Shown here piece by piece: positions 32,700 to 45,843 of a stretch of 49,361 nucleotides of DNA (position 1 is the first letter of the stretch; every line of letters begins with the position of its first letter). The translations under genes and the position numbers were made by a program. Below the pieces are notes generated by a model, which saw only the letters and a program-made list of their open reading frames with translations, was not told the DNA's origin and made no database searches. The stretch is from Octopus bimaculoides (Eukaryota), in contig NC_068990.1 in assembly GCF_001194135.2 (NCBI RefSeq), positions 66,949,355 through 66,998,715 of the forward strand, read 5' to 3'.

Positions 32700-33850
32700 G
32701 GATAGATGCCTGTCTGTACCTCTGCCTGTCTGCCTACCCACCCACCCAACCACACCTATCTGTCCATGTAATTACCTACCTACATGTCTATCTCTGTACC
32801 CAACTATCTGTCTACCTGTCTCCTTGTCTGCTTACTTACCTATCTATCAATCCAACCACCTACTTACCTATCCTTCAATTCACCCACCTACTTGCCTATC
32901 TGTCTATCTACCTACCTGCTTCCCTATCCATCTATCTACCCAGCTACCTGTCTGTCTGTCTATTCACCCACCCAAAACCTACCTACCTACCTACCTACCT
33001 ATCAACCCACCTACTTACCTATCTGTCTATCTATCCACGTACCTACCTATCTAACTATCCATCTGCCTACTTACCTACCTGTTTATCTATCTACCTACTT
33101 ACCTATCCATATACTCATACTTACCTATCTGTCTATCTACCTAGCTACTTGTCCATTANNNNNNNNNNNNNNNNNNNNNNNNNNNNNNNNNNNNNNNNNN
33201 NNNNNNNNNNNNNNNNNNNNNNNNNNNNNNNNNNNNNNNNNNNNNNNNNNNNNNNNNNNNNNNNNNNNNNNNNNNNNNNNNNNNNNNNNNNNNNNNNNNN
33301 NNNNNNNNNNNNNNNNNNNNNNTCTATCCATCCACCTACCTGTCTGTCTATCCACCCATCTACCTACCTGTCCATCTATCCATCCATCTACCCACCTATC
33401 TGTCTATCCATCCACCTACCTGTCTGTCTATCCACCCATCTACCTACCTGTCCGTCTATCCATCCACCTACCTGTCTGTCTATCCACCTACCTACTTGCC
33501 TGTCCATCTATCCACCCATCTACCTACCTGTCCATCTATCTACCCACCTACATACCTGTCTGTCTATCCACCCATCTACCTACCTATCCATCTATCCACT
33601 CACTTGTCTGTCTGTCTATCTACCAACCTACCTGTCAGTCTATCCACCAATCTACCTACCTATCCATCTATCCATCCATCTACCCACCGATCTGTCAATC
33701 CACCCACCCACCTACCTGTCTGTCTATTCACCTATCTATCCACCTGTTCGCCTATCCACCCGCCTTCTTACCTACCTGTCTATCCACTCATCTACTTACC
33801 TATGCATCCACCTACCTACTTACCTATTTCTTTATCCACCCTGTTCATAC
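32700..33850. repeat. ~1.15-kb compound tetranucleotide satellite (CTAC/CTAT/CCAT/CTGT/CCAC)n containing an N gap (33159-33322)
   Basis: Direct reading; source of the 415/374-aa LSIYLPT pseudo-ORFs. Confidence 0.95.
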
Positions 33851-34337
33851 TCTCACCTCACACCTTGAAAATAATAGATATGACTTGAAATTACAGTACA
33901 AAGTTTAGCTGTAAAAATACAAACACGTAATTGATGGTGTATGTGTCATTTTCTGCCTACATATTTTACATTTGTTTGAAGAAGATTGTATCTACTCCAG
34001 TACAAAATTTGGTTTAACTATAAATTGCCACCATTTGAATACACTTGCAGTATTAATGCTCTTTGGAATATAGAGGCATCAAAGTCAAGGCACCAGTTTT
34101 CTTTACCGTTGTAGTCAATGGGGTTAATTACACAACATAATGTTTAAATTCAACTCTTATATCTTGTGTGTGTAGGAAATTAATATTTTGTCATTTTATA
34201 TTTATTGTTACAAGGTTCACATAGTTTGCCAAAGTAGCTGGGGTTTTTATTGATTAATTTGTTATGGTGCAGCAAGGATTATGTGGGGTGGATCACACAC
34301 AGAAATATATAAGATATGTATTGTGTGTGTCTAAAGC

Positions 34338-34383
<46 letters not shown>

Positions 34384-34764
34384 TATATGTGATGTATGTG
34401 TATATTTATATGAATACAATGTTTGTATGCATATATATATATATATATATATATATANNNNNNNNNNNNNNNTCTATATGTGATGTATGTGTATATTTAT
34501 ATGAATACAATGTTTGTATGCATATATATATATATATATATATATATAGCATGTATATAATGCATATACATGTTGTGTGTATAAATGTGCATATATATAT
34601 ATATATATAATATATATTTATATATATATAATATATATATATGTTTATATGTGATGTATGTGTATATTTATATGAATACGTTTGTATGTATATATATATA
34701 TATATATAACATGTATATAATGCATATATATGTTGTGTGCATCATGTGTATAAATGTGCATGTA

Positions 34765-34847
<83 letters not shown>

Positions 34848-34940
34848 GTACACATACATATGTATGTATGTATATATAAACATTATATAAACATTTCACA
34901 CATATATGTGTATACGCAAATATCTGATATATCACCACAT
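34338..34940. repeat. (TA)n-rich array with duplicated ~80-170-bp units and a 15-N gap
   Basis: tctatatgtgatgtatgtgtatatttatatgaatac unit at 34382, 34473 and (diverged) ~34643. Confidence 0.9.
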
Positions 34941-35202
34941 ACATAATTCAATTGTCAAATAAACCTCAACATTTCCTTTCGTTGTCTTTTTCATTTTTGC
35001 AATTATAAAAAATAGACAAGTATTGAAATCTAAAATTTATTTTATTTTAATAAGATTCCATAATATTCTAACATATGAAAGCAACCAATATGGGAATATT
35101 CTTTGTCAATAACTGATATGTTATTAAATCTACAGCAAAAATTCCCAAATGGCTATGAGCTATTAACCATAATCTACACCATATATACACACACGTGCGT
35201 GT

Positions 35203-35239
<37 letters not shown>

Positions 35240-37159
35240 TAACTCATGATGTATTCTTTCCACTTTTAAGGGCCATAAATTTTTCACTTCCTAATATTCC
35301 CATTTTATACTACTACTACTATTACTACTACTACTTGTTAAATAATTACAATGGTTCATATTGATTTCATACCTCCCTTCCAGTTATCTGGATTGATGAT
35401 TATGATATTCTACTAATAAAATATCTAATTCTTAACAATACATGTGCTGCCCTGTGTGCATTGACAAGCAACTGCATATTTCCTGAATAGTACAAGCATG
35501 ACCTTACGAGCATCTCGGTTTCTTAAAACTTGATGAGATATACCAAACAACACATTAATATACAATTAGGACAACTTTAGCTTGAAAGAATGATACAAAA
35601 TGTCGATTTAAGTGCTCTGAAAGAGTTACACAAACACACATATAGATGTGTATGTGTGTATATAAGCGTACCAGGCTTACGGCAACTGAAGTACATCCTC
35701 ATATCGTTGGCTTAGAAACATGAAGTTCTGTATGTGAGTCTCCATAAGTGTATCATTCAATGAAAATGTGTGCGCATATGCACGCATACACACACATACA
35801 CACAAAACAAGCATGAAACACTAATATTACTACCTGGAGTTTCTTGGCAGCATAATATATAATCTGATTTACACCTATTGTTCATCAACTTTCATGAGAA
35901 AGCATTGTCCAATGCACCTGGTGAAACTCTGAGTAATGATATGAATGTTTCATGCTTGTATCATATATTAAATATAATCCTCTATTTCAGCGGTATTGAG
36001 TTCTACTTTTGTTCTGTACATGTAGTTTCTCAACACACATGCACATGTATACACACATACATACATGATGGTGAGCTCTCATCCAAGTGTTAGACATACT
36101 ATCCAGGCATTAGATTAACCCCACTACTTGTCCATCAAATAAGCATGTGAGAAGCAGAACATTTCACAATCACAAGTACCCTAAACATATTTTTTGGCTT
36201 CAATACAGTTTCCCTCTGACGAAGTTTGTTCCTAAGACTCTGATCAACCTGAGCCTTTGATAAAGGCACTTGCACAAGATGTCACCCAGGGGAATCGAAT
36301 CTGACACTCCATGGTTGTGGCAGAAACTTCTTAACCACTCACCTATATCTGTTGTCAGTCAGCCTGTGTGTGTGTGTGTGTGTGTTTGCAGGGGGAGGCC
36401 TTGTTTCAGTGGCTATGAAGTTCATTTTCAGCTATGTGGTTTGGGGTTCAAGTGTCTTGTGTTATGGCCCTGTGTCAACAAATGCTTTGTGAATGAAATT
36501 GGTTGACCAAGATTGTGTGGAGGCTTGTTTTACATGTGTAAATACGTGTGTGTACAGTTACAGATTGTTAAATCTAGGCAGTCATTGTGTTATATTTTAA
36601 AATTAAGTGTCTAAAAAGAATTCCTACTTATAAATATTGCAAAAAATGTCATCACTTAAAAATGGAACATTCTGTTGGTGCTACGTCTCCTCTCTGTAAG
36701 TACCAGGAATATTGACAAATAATTAGTAATACAGTATTGTAGAACAAGTTTTCTTGTTAACATTGTGTGTTAAGATTGTAAACTTCATTTATACAATATG
36801 TTTGTGGATACAAAAAGAGAATGTAACAGCTGTACATATGTTTGAACTTTTGCTGGAATCATCATCAACTACTCTGTAGCCTCCTCTCTTTTCTAGACAG
36901 GCAGATTCAACACTTCACCTCCCAAGCCCAATTTGCATCATATTTTCTTTTGCACTAACAGTCTAATGTTATAAGTTCTACATTTAAAAAAAATGTTTTA
37001 ATGTGTGTTCCAGTTCGCTATATAAACTATCACTGTGACTTCTGCAGTACTGGATAAATATTATATTCATTCTGTACAACAGAAGTCACAAGTGATATTT
37101 TTATTGAACCCTCTTGTCTATTTGACAAATGACACTTCATCTAGATACAGCAGCACAGT

Positions 37160-39870
37160 GTTCTCAGCTTGATATTTTGTTGTGTGGTCTCATATAGGAA
37201 TACAGACATATCCAGGATTTGCAGATCCTGTTGCAGTCGTGATCATCATTTTGTTGTAGATTAGACCTATGCTGGGCTTTTTTCTCCTTCAGGGTGTTGA
37301 TTATGACTGCCCCAAAGTAGGAGGTGGCTTGGCAGCAAGAGCTTCTCTGAGTTTTATTCAGCGCTATCACTTCCCATATCTTCAGATTTATCTGACAGAT
37401 TTTCAAGTAAGTTTTTAAAGACTCCTTATAATGGAGCAGTGGGTGACCTTGTTGTCTTGTACTAGAGCTAAACCAACCATAAAAGAGGGCATTAGGTAAG
37501 CAAATGTCATCCATGTGTACCACATAACTGACCACTTCAGTTGTGCTTTGATAAGGAATTTCTCTATGTCTATAATGTCATCTCTTGTAAGAATCTCTCT
37601 GTTAGGGACTTTGTCCTGTCACTCTGTTACAAATTGGATGAAGGCAGCTAAGATGGAATAAGTCTAGTTGTTTAATATGATGCCTGTAAAGTGTCCATGA
37701 TCTCTCCACAATGTTAGTCTATTGCAAGATGAGCTTGTTTTAGACTATTGCTAAGGGGTTCTCTTCATCCAATTGAACATTGTTTGAAAGGATGATTCTT
37801 TGGTAGCAGAATTTTGGCACAACATTTAGATGGGTATTGTCTACCATGACAATAAGATCCTATTTTCGGTGTCAAGGTACTGGCTGGTCTTCTCAAGCTC
37901 ATGATGGTTACGCTAAAAGATCAGGCAACATTAGTAAAACAGTCAACTAATGTTTGGATGTCTTTCAGAGGGTGCTATCAAAGCACAATCGTCTGCAAAT
38001 AGAAACTCTCTCAGATCTTCTCTGACTTTGGTTCTGGGTCTTTAGGCCTTGTAAATTGAAAATGTTACCTTGTATCCTAAACTAGATGTGTACACCTTCC
38101 ACAATATCTCTGAATACCTCTTGCAGCATAACTAAGAAGTAACCTGCAAATGAGATAGATACCATCACACAGTCTTGCTAGGCTCCTTTCTTTTTATGTA
38201 GATGTATTGGAAGCTGAATCATGAAGGCCATCTTACCATTGTGAAATGATCTTATTATTCCGACTATCTTTTTGGGGTGCCCAAATTTGTGAAGGACTTT
38301 CCAGGGGGCGTCACGGTTCACTTTATCTAGAGTTTTGCTAAATTAACAAAATCCCAGTACAAGTCCTGGTTCTGCTCTCCGGCCTTCTTCTGAACCTGAC
38401 ATGAAGTGAATATCACATCAATTGATCTTTGACCACCATGGAAACTGCATTGTGATTTAGGGTTCTCAGTGTCCACTAGGTGAAGAAAGATCCTGATGAG
38501 CAAATATTTAACTGGCAATAGAAAGGAGTTATATATCATGATGGTTATTACAACAGTATTTGTTGCCTTGCCTCTTCCTTCATATAAATGTATTATAGAA
38601 ACACCTTTGTAGTCCTGTGTTGGCTCCATATATTCTGGTAAAGCTTGGTGAATTTTTTAGCCAGGTGAGATCTGCCTTGCCTGGTATGGCTTCAGAACCT
38701 GATGACTTCCCAGAGTACAGTTGCTTTGTCTTTTATCACTTCTGATTGGGATGGTTCCAAATCAAGCTGATCCAAGATACATTGTGGAAAGGCATCTATG
38801 ATGTCGTTGTTTGCTGTTGATACTTGGTTTAGAACTCTGTTAAAGCGTTCTGCCCAATGAGAGAGGATGTCATGCTTGTCCATAAGAAGCTGTGTGTCAT
38901 TTAATGTTAGAACTGGTAGAGCGCTACTGGTCTTGAGGCCCTCATAAAAGGTCTTTATGTCATGTTTGTCAGTAGCTGCCTGTAGTTCAAATGCTTTGTT
39001 CTCATACCACAGGTTCTTCATGGTTCTTAGCCTGGTCTACAGGATGTGTTTCACCTGATGGTACCTGGCTTTAGTTCCTCTCAATGGTTTGGCCGAGATG
39101 TACTTGCTATGAGCAGAATGCATTATGTCAATGAGTTTTCCAATGTCTTGATTGTTCTCATTAAACTAGTCCTGATGTTTGTGCTAAGCAAAGCCAAGAA
39201 CCTCAGAGGCTGTCTCATATATATGCTGCTTTAAGCTCTTCCAGTTTTGTTCAATATAGAGAGTCATCTGATAAGCTATCCAGAACTTTATTTATGGTCT
39301 CTACTAGTTCAGTGGCCTTTTCCTTTACCTTGAGTGAGGATATATTGAACTTCTTTATAGGTTTGGTTCTGTGGCTAGACAGTTTGACTGTAAACTTTAA
39401 GGACATGATGCTCCTGACTAGCCTGTGATTTAACCAGCAGTCTGTGCCTCTGAGTGATCTGGTATAGCAACCATCATTTTAGTCCCTCTGCTGAACAATC
39501 ACAGTGTATCAGATGCCAGTGTGCATTGAGGTTTTGTACTTGTGGTTGACTGTGTTAGTAATTGCTTGCTTGATCTCTCTACATTTTGTCAGGAAGAGAT
39601 AACCATTAGAATTCTTCCATCCAATGACATGTTCCCACACTACACCCTATCAACACAAGCATTAAAGTCCTGCAGAAGGATTAGCTTCACTTTGTATGGC
39701 ATGCTTCTAATTACTCTCCTGAGATCAACATAGAAAGCTTCTCTGTATTCATCTAGGTGGCTCATGTTTGGGACATATGCACTTATGATGATTGTATGCT
39801 GGTTATTTTCCAATTGAAAATGTAATACACGCAGTGCTAAAATGTCCAGTATACCTCCATTTATGGATTT
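37160..39870 (-). mobile_element. RTE/BovB-like LINE, most of ORF2 (AP endonuclease + RT + C-terminus), many stops and frameshifts
   Basis: TIISAYVP..EAFYVDL..KLILLQDFNA (39640-39879); LQAATDKHDIKTFYEGLK..ILSHWAERFNRVLN (38692-39021); IIHLYEGRG; LFADDCA at ~38002-37983; RQQGHPLLHYKESLK (37164-37535). Confidence 0.92.
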
Positions 39871-40399
39871 TTGTTTCATTCATGATTTTTCCCCCAGAAA
39901 ATATAAGCTTTACTGTTTTCTTTTTGACAAAAATTTTTTTATAAGGGGCAGTACTCCAATGTTGGAAATGATTGTGACTTACACCCATCTGATATTTGTG
40001 TTCTGTACATTTCCTAAAATTTGAATAATGTCTTTTGATACACTGTAATGTGAAGCTTCATGAAAAAACATCATGAATGGGAGTCACCAGCGATTCTCAT
40101 GGTAGACAAAGTGTTAAAATGCTGATGTGTTAAGTGTTTCATTTTGTTGCTAATGATGTGTGCTCTAGCTGTTAAAATATGCAAATTATTTGACACCACC
40201 TTAAATATTTTAATTTGTTATCCACATCACAGAGATTTTTCAAACATTTATCTTATTTATGCATATGGTAGTTCATTGAGCAAATTACAATACTCTTGTA
40301 TCAATCATCTTCAAGTTATTAGAGTGTACATAAAGGTTGTGAGCTGGCAGAATCTTTAGAGCTTAGAAAAATACTTTCATGGCATTTGTTCTGACACTT

Positions 40400-40870
40400 A
40401 ACATGCTGGCATGGGTTGGACAGTTTGACTGAGAACTAGTATGCCAGGAGGCTGCACCAGGTTCCAATCTGATTTAGCAAGGTTTCTACAGCTTGATGCC
40501 CTTCTTGATGCCAACCACTCTGAGAGTGTGGTGGGTGCTTTTTATGTACCATGGCAAGGGTGCTAGCCAGGCAGCACTGGCATTGACTATGCTCAGATGG
40601 GGCTATGCTGAGATGGGGCTATGCTCAGATGGGGCTATGCTCAGATGGGGCTATGCTCAGATGGGGCTATGNNNNNNNNNNGGGCTATGCTCAGATGGGG
40701 CTATGCTCAGATGGGGCTATGCTCAGATGGGGCTATGCTCAGATGGGGCTATGCTCAGATGGGGCTATGCTCAGATGGAGCTTTTTACTTGCCACTGACA
40801 CAGGTGCAAGTCAGATGGCACTGGCATCAGCCACACTCAAACGGTGCTTTTATGCATCACAGGTACAGGT
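40400..40870 (-). mobile_element. RTE 3' UTR/tail fragment containing an expanded 16-bp minisatellite
   Basis: gctggcatgggttggacagtttgactgag..ttctacagcttgatgcccttc tail modules in reverse orientation. Confidence 0.85.
40587..40782. repeat. Minisatellite (gctcagatggggctat)n, at least 11 copies, spanning a 10-N gap
   Basis: Direct reading; only two variant units (gctgag at 40607, terminal gatggagct). Confidence 0.97.
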
Positions 40871-41128
40871 GCCAGTGATACTAATATTTAATGCATCAGT
40901 ATTTGAATATGTAACCCAAGATCATCATTACTGGCAGGAATTAAACAGAAATTTCAGGGGTTGAACTTGATATCACAAAACTTACAAAATGCCATCTTGT
41001 TTGAACATCTTTACATAACTCGATTTGAAGTAAAAAATATCAAGATATTTAACTTGATTTCATTAAGTTCATTATTTTTGAGCATCCATTTTATGTTCAT
41101 TTCTTATTCTTTGTTAAAGTGTTTGACA

Positions 41129-41261
41129 AAGGGCATCCAGCTGTAGAAACTCCACCAAATCAGATTGGAGCCTGGTGTAGCCATCTGGTTCACCAGTCCT
41201 CAGTCAAATCGTCCAACCCATGCTAGCATGGAAAGCGGACGTTAAACGATGATGATGATGA
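41129..41261 (+). mobile_element. Short young RTE 3' tail insertion
   Basis: Close match to 65-204 and to the end of 17374-18872. Confidence 0.9.
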
Positions 41262-42267
41262 CAATTATTTTACAACTCTTCCTGTTGCTAACCCTTACCA
41301 AACTTGTAGCTCAGTGATTTTCAGAGAAGCATCAGTGAACCCCATGTGCTCAGTTGTGTGCACACACACACACACACACACACACACAAGATAGACTTCA
41401 TAGCATATTTTCTCTGAATCAAATTCACTTGCCCATTAAAGTAACTTAATTACTCATTTTGTTTCTAATGATTCTGTATTGTACAGTCCATTGTTCTATT
41501 CATGCCTGCCATGATTTCTGGTTTCCTGGAATAATTTCTGTAGCCTAATAAATGAGACAACATTGCTAGTCCTTATCTCATTCTGCCTCCATTTCTTGAT
41601 GGTGACATTGTAAGTGGTCCCCCATGACCATTTCTTCATAATGTAACGCTTGATTCTGAGACAGTGAGAGAGAGAAAGAGAGGAGAGAGAAGAGAAGAGA
41701 AGAATTGACTCCCTTCAGAGACTCTATTCTTCTCTTCACTCTTGTACTTATTGACTTCAGAAGAATAAAAGGCTGAGATGACCTTACCAGGATTTAATCT
41801 CAGAATGCAAAGACTTGGAACAATTATTTCAAGGTATTTGTCTGATGCACTAATGATTCTGCTAATCAACCAGCTCATTACCGATTCCATTTCATTAGCG
41901 ATAACTAATATAATGAATAGTACCCAAATGGCAGTCAATGCTAATATACTCTTTGCTATTATTATGATAGATTCCTCAAGTGAAGTTTAGCACCATAACA
42001 ACATTAAACCAGTAACAACTTCCTGTAGTCTGCATAGGTAAATATGAGTGCTACTGACATTGCCTGTGTGGTTCAGTAGAAACAAAGTCAGTTAGCTGTA
42101 TCAAAAAAAAAAAAAAAAGAAGCAAAAACAAAAGGAAAACGACTACAACATGCTAATTTCTAAATTCATTAATGTACACCCCATTGAAGCTAACAATGAA
42201 AAATGGGAAAATTAATATGTAACATGTGAAGGAAAATTATAAATTCCAACCTCTTATTACACCCACC

Positions 42268-42740
42268 TTCTCTGTGTCACTCACATCCTCTCTCTCTTTC
42301 TGTCATGTGCACTCTCTCTCTCTCTCATTCACTCACATCCTCTCTCTCTTTCTGTCATGTGCTCTCTCTCACTCACTCGCTCTCTCTCTCTCACTCACTC
42401 GCTCTCTCTCTCTCACTCACTCGCACTCTCTCTCTCACTCACTCGCACTCACTCACTCGCACCCACTCCTTGTTTACTCACTCCCTCTCTGTCACTACCA
42501 CACCCCCTCTCTCTCAACAATTCACCTCCTCTCTCTCTCAATCACTCATACCCTCTCTCTTGATCACTTACACCCTCTCTCACTCACTCACTCACACACC
42601 TCTCTTTCATTTGAATCCTCTCTCTCTCACTCACTCGCATCCACTCCTTCTTGCTTACTCACTCCCTCCCTCTCAATCACATGCCCTCTCTCATTTTGTC
42701 ACTCTCTTTTCAGCTCCACCTGGTCACTCTCACTCTCTCC
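42268..42740. repeat. Pyrimidine-rich (CT)n/(CACT)n low-complexity tract
   Basis: Direct reading; source of the SLSLTHS pseudo-ORFs. Confidence 0.92.
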
Positions 42741-43140
42741 AGGAATCTAAAATTAACCCTTAAATCAAGATATCTTGTAAAGACGTTGTAATCCACATCA
42801 GTGATCTCACTGTTTATAGTGGTGATGTGTATTCAATTAATGGCTACCAACCAAGTTGAATATGCTTTGCTAAAGAAGTTTAATAATATTGAAGCAAGTT
42901 CATTTCTGTCACCAGCCCATTTCAAGACTAAATTCCATATTTTTCTTTTATAAAAACTCAACGATGTCTTTTGAAACTTCTCTTCTCTCTTTTTCTTTGC
43001 ATTTGTTTATTTTATTCATTAGTTTGGTTAACATGGCTTTTTTTCAATACATGTATGTTTGTGGGGAGAATTAACAAAAACAGGATTTTACAGCTCGATG
43101 CTCTTCCTGTTGCCAACTTGTTGTCATTAGTAATCCCTCT

Positions 43141-43360
43141 AGGGTGGTGAGCAGGCAGAATTATTGGGACATTGGACAAAATGTTCAGAGGCATTTCTTG
43201 TGGCTTTATATTCTGAGTTCAAATACCATTGTAGTTCATTTTGCATTTCATCCTTTAAAGCCTGATGAAATAAATACCAGTTGGGCTCTGGGATTGATCT
43301 AATCAACAATCCCCTTCCTCACAATTTCAGGCCTTGAGCCAAAAGTCGAAAGAATCATAA
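43141..43360 (+). mobile_element. Type-N SINE, degenerate
   Basis: ggtggtgagcaggcagaatt head, ttctgagttcaaat B-box-like, gcatttcatccttt..aaataaataccagttg. Confidence 0.75.
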
Positions 43361-43479
43361 GTAATCACTCTGAGGAATAATGAAATCTCTTACCAGAAAA
43401 ATAAATTTGAGTGAAGGGTTTTCTTTTCATTTCACAGGTCTTTGAAAGTGTTGAATGACTGACCATCATGTCATCAAAG

Positions 43480-44310
43480 AATGTCAGTGTCAACACCACT
43501 TCACTCAAATGGTGACAGCTTGGAATGTGAACACACTCATGCACACACACACTCACAGAGGCTTCCTTCAATATCTCTCAAACAAATTTCACTTGCAGAG
43601 CTTTGGTTGATCCAAGGTAATAGTAGTAGAAGACAATTATCCAAGGAGCATCGAAACTGAATCCTAAACAACATGCTAGCAAAGTGTGAACTTCTTAAAC
43701 ATACAGTCATAGTTTTTCTCTAAAATATAAATTGGTTTATTAGACTTGCCTCTCTTATCTTTAGATTTTAAACAGCCTTCAAGGTTGTTGCTCTTATCGA
43801 TTCAATGGTTAAACTCATTTAGGAAAAGGTTTACAATTCACAATGTTACACATGTGAGACCTTACCATATATATATGTATATGTATGTATGTGTATTTAT
43901 ATATATTTTCATAACTTAAATGTCCCTTTCTATTGTGTGCATGGGTTAAATGACAGTTTGCTGAAGTAGATTTTCTACAAGCACATGCCAACCCTGTCAC
44001 CAACCCTCACCTGTTTTCAAGCAAGCTAATATTTCTCTATGGGCAAACATGTACTTACAGAATATTTGAAATGAATGACATTGCTTGTATGACAGTGACA
44101 ATCATTTTACAATTATCAAGTGGTGTTGGGCAAAGGAGATGCAAACACGCACACACACACACACGCACACTGTGAGTATATATATGTTTTATACATACAC
44201 ACAACTGTCTTCCTTCATTTTCCATTTACCAAATCTACTCACAAGCCTTTGGTTGGCCTGGGGCTGTAGTAGAAGATGCTTGTCCAAGGTGCCACATAGT
44301 GGAACTGAAT
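43480..44310 (-). mobile_element. Two degenerate type-A-head SINEs in tandem (~43480-43710, ~43900-44310)
   Basis: aaatctactcacaagcc.ttggttggcc..gtagaaga..ttgtccaagg head modules; agtagattttctacaagcacatgcc tail module. Confidence 0.55.
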
Positions 44311-44324
44311 GTGAAAGTTAGTTA

Positions 44325-44520
44325 TAGCTGCCTTAGTAATAAGGGTCACAGATATTGAATCACAATAAAAGAAACACTTACTAACAATGTAAGCCCAACC
44401 CAACAAGATTGTAATTTTAGAAACAGATCACAATATCCATTAGATAATAAGAACCTCCTGGAAAGCTAATCTGCGAAGCCAAAGTTTTAAATAGTGGAGA
44501 TATTGCAAAATCATAAATAT
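44325..44520 (+). mobile_element. Penelope-like fragment (pre-GIY-YIG linker), interrupted by a SINE
   Basis: CNFRNRSQYPLDNKNLLES..ICEAKV resembles the CNCRxKxxCPLxxKCLxxSIIYxAxV segment of Penelope-like ORFs. Confidence 0.55.
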
Positions 44521-44521
44521 A

Positions 44522-44930
44522 TAGGCGCAGGAATGGCTGTGTGGTAAGTAGCTAGCTTAAGAACCACATGGTTCCAGGTTCATTCCCACTGTGTGGAACC
44601 TTGGAGAAGTGTCTTCTACTATAGCCTTGGGCCGACCAAAGCCTTGTGAGTGAATTTGGAAGACGGAAACTGAAAGAAGCCCATCGTATATATGTATATA
44701 TATATATATGTATGTGTGTGGTGTCTGTGTTTATCCCTCCAACATCGCTTGACAACCGATGCTGGGTGTGTTTACATCCTCGTAACGTAGTGGTTTGCCA
44801 AAAGAGATAGAATAAGTACTAGGCTTACAAAGAATAAGTCCTGGGGTCAATTTGCTCGATTAAAGGTGGTGCTCCAGCATGGCCTCAGTCAAATGACTGA
44901 AACAAGTAAAAGAATGAAAGAAAAGAATAT
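44522..44930 (+). mobile_element. Full-length young type-A SINE
   Basis: aggcgcaggaatggctgtgtggtaag A-box-like, ggttcattccc B-box-like, accttggagaagtg CORE-like box, internal (TA)(TG) tract, ...gaaacaagtaaaagaa tail. Confidence 0.92.
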
Positions 44931-45002
44931 ATATGTATATTGAATTCACATCTGATGATGTAGACTATTTCTTTCTAGACAAATGCATACATTATTTATA
45001 GA

Positions 45003-45125
45003 GCAGTTGTTCTCAACCAGTGTCCATATGGTCCCTAGAGGTCCATATAAGATATTTGGGGATTCACACAAGCAAAACAGTAAATTGGGAATCCACATGT
45101 AGTATTTTAAGGGTCCATGTAAAGT
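45003..45125. mobile_element. Isolated end of a hAT/Charlie-like element
   Basis: cagttgttctcaacc resembles the CAGTGGTTCTCAAC terminal motif; no partner end found. Confidence 0.4.
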
Positions 45126-45406
45126 TTTGATTTAGATGTGTTTATTGCAACAAGCAATTAAGTATCTAAACCATGTGGTTGTGAAGCAAACTTCTTACCA
45201 CTCACTTGTGTCTGAAAACATGTGTGTGTATGTTTATGTGTGTGTTTGTGTATGTAACTAAAGTGTGATTTGAATTTTAATTGCATGATAACTAGTTTTT
45301 AGAACTTCTGTGTAATCCTGTATAACCAAAAGAAGATTGTGAGGAGGTCTTTTTTTATAGCCCAAGTTTTGTTTCATTGATTGGGTTCTGAAACTGGTTA
45401 CGCCAT

Positions 45407-45437
<31 letters not shown>

Positions 45438-45455
45438 GAGTGTATATATGAAACA

Positions 45456-45843
45456 GTGGAGGCGCAATGGCCCAGTGGTTAGGGCAGCGGACTCGCGGTC
45501 ATAGGATCGCGGTTTCGATTCCCAGACCGGGCGTTGTGAGTGTTTATTGAGCGAAAACACCTAAAGCTCCATGAGGCTCCGGCAGGGGATGGTGGCAAAC
45601 CCTGCTGTACTCTTTCACCACAACTTTCTCTCACTCTTACTTCCTGTTTCTGTTGTACCTGTATTTCAAAGGGTCAGCCTTGTGACACTGTGTCACGCTG
45701 AATATCCCCGAGAACTACGTTAAGGGTACACGTATCTGTGGAGTGCTCAGCCACTTGCGCATTAATTTCATGCGCAGGCTGTTCCGTTGATCGTATCAAC
45801 TGGAACCCTCGACGTCGTAAGCGATGGAGTGCCAAGAACAACA
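45456..45843 (+). mobile_element. Full-length young tRNA-derived SINE (fourth type, 388 bp) with a 12-bp TSD
   Basis: A box tggcccagtgg 45468-45478, B box ggtttcgattccc 45511-45523, (caa) tail; TSD atatatgaaaca at 45444-45455 and 45844-45855. May be one of the described octopus OK/OR families (not verified). Confidence 0.93.

Noticed and set aside
32621-33908. 415-aa and 374-aa ORFs, the longest in the track
   Set aside because: Stop-free tetranucleotide satellite; no protein-like complexity.
40175-40190. ATGCAAAT octamer as an enhancer signature
   Set aside because: Occurs several times in this AT-rich window; expected by chance.
41694-41737. 12-bp perfect hairpin gaagagaagaat/attcttctcttc and the strong plus-strand polypyrimidine tract after it
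   Set aside because: Built from GA/CT low-complexity sequence; the downstream 73-nt 'exon' has stops in all three frames before its ATG.
44950-44980. CTGATGA motif after the SINE
   Set aside because: No GAAA or stems in the right arrangement.
45461-45535. Possible tRNA gene
   Set aside because: tRNA-like head continues into a 310-bp body with tail and TSD; it is a SINE.
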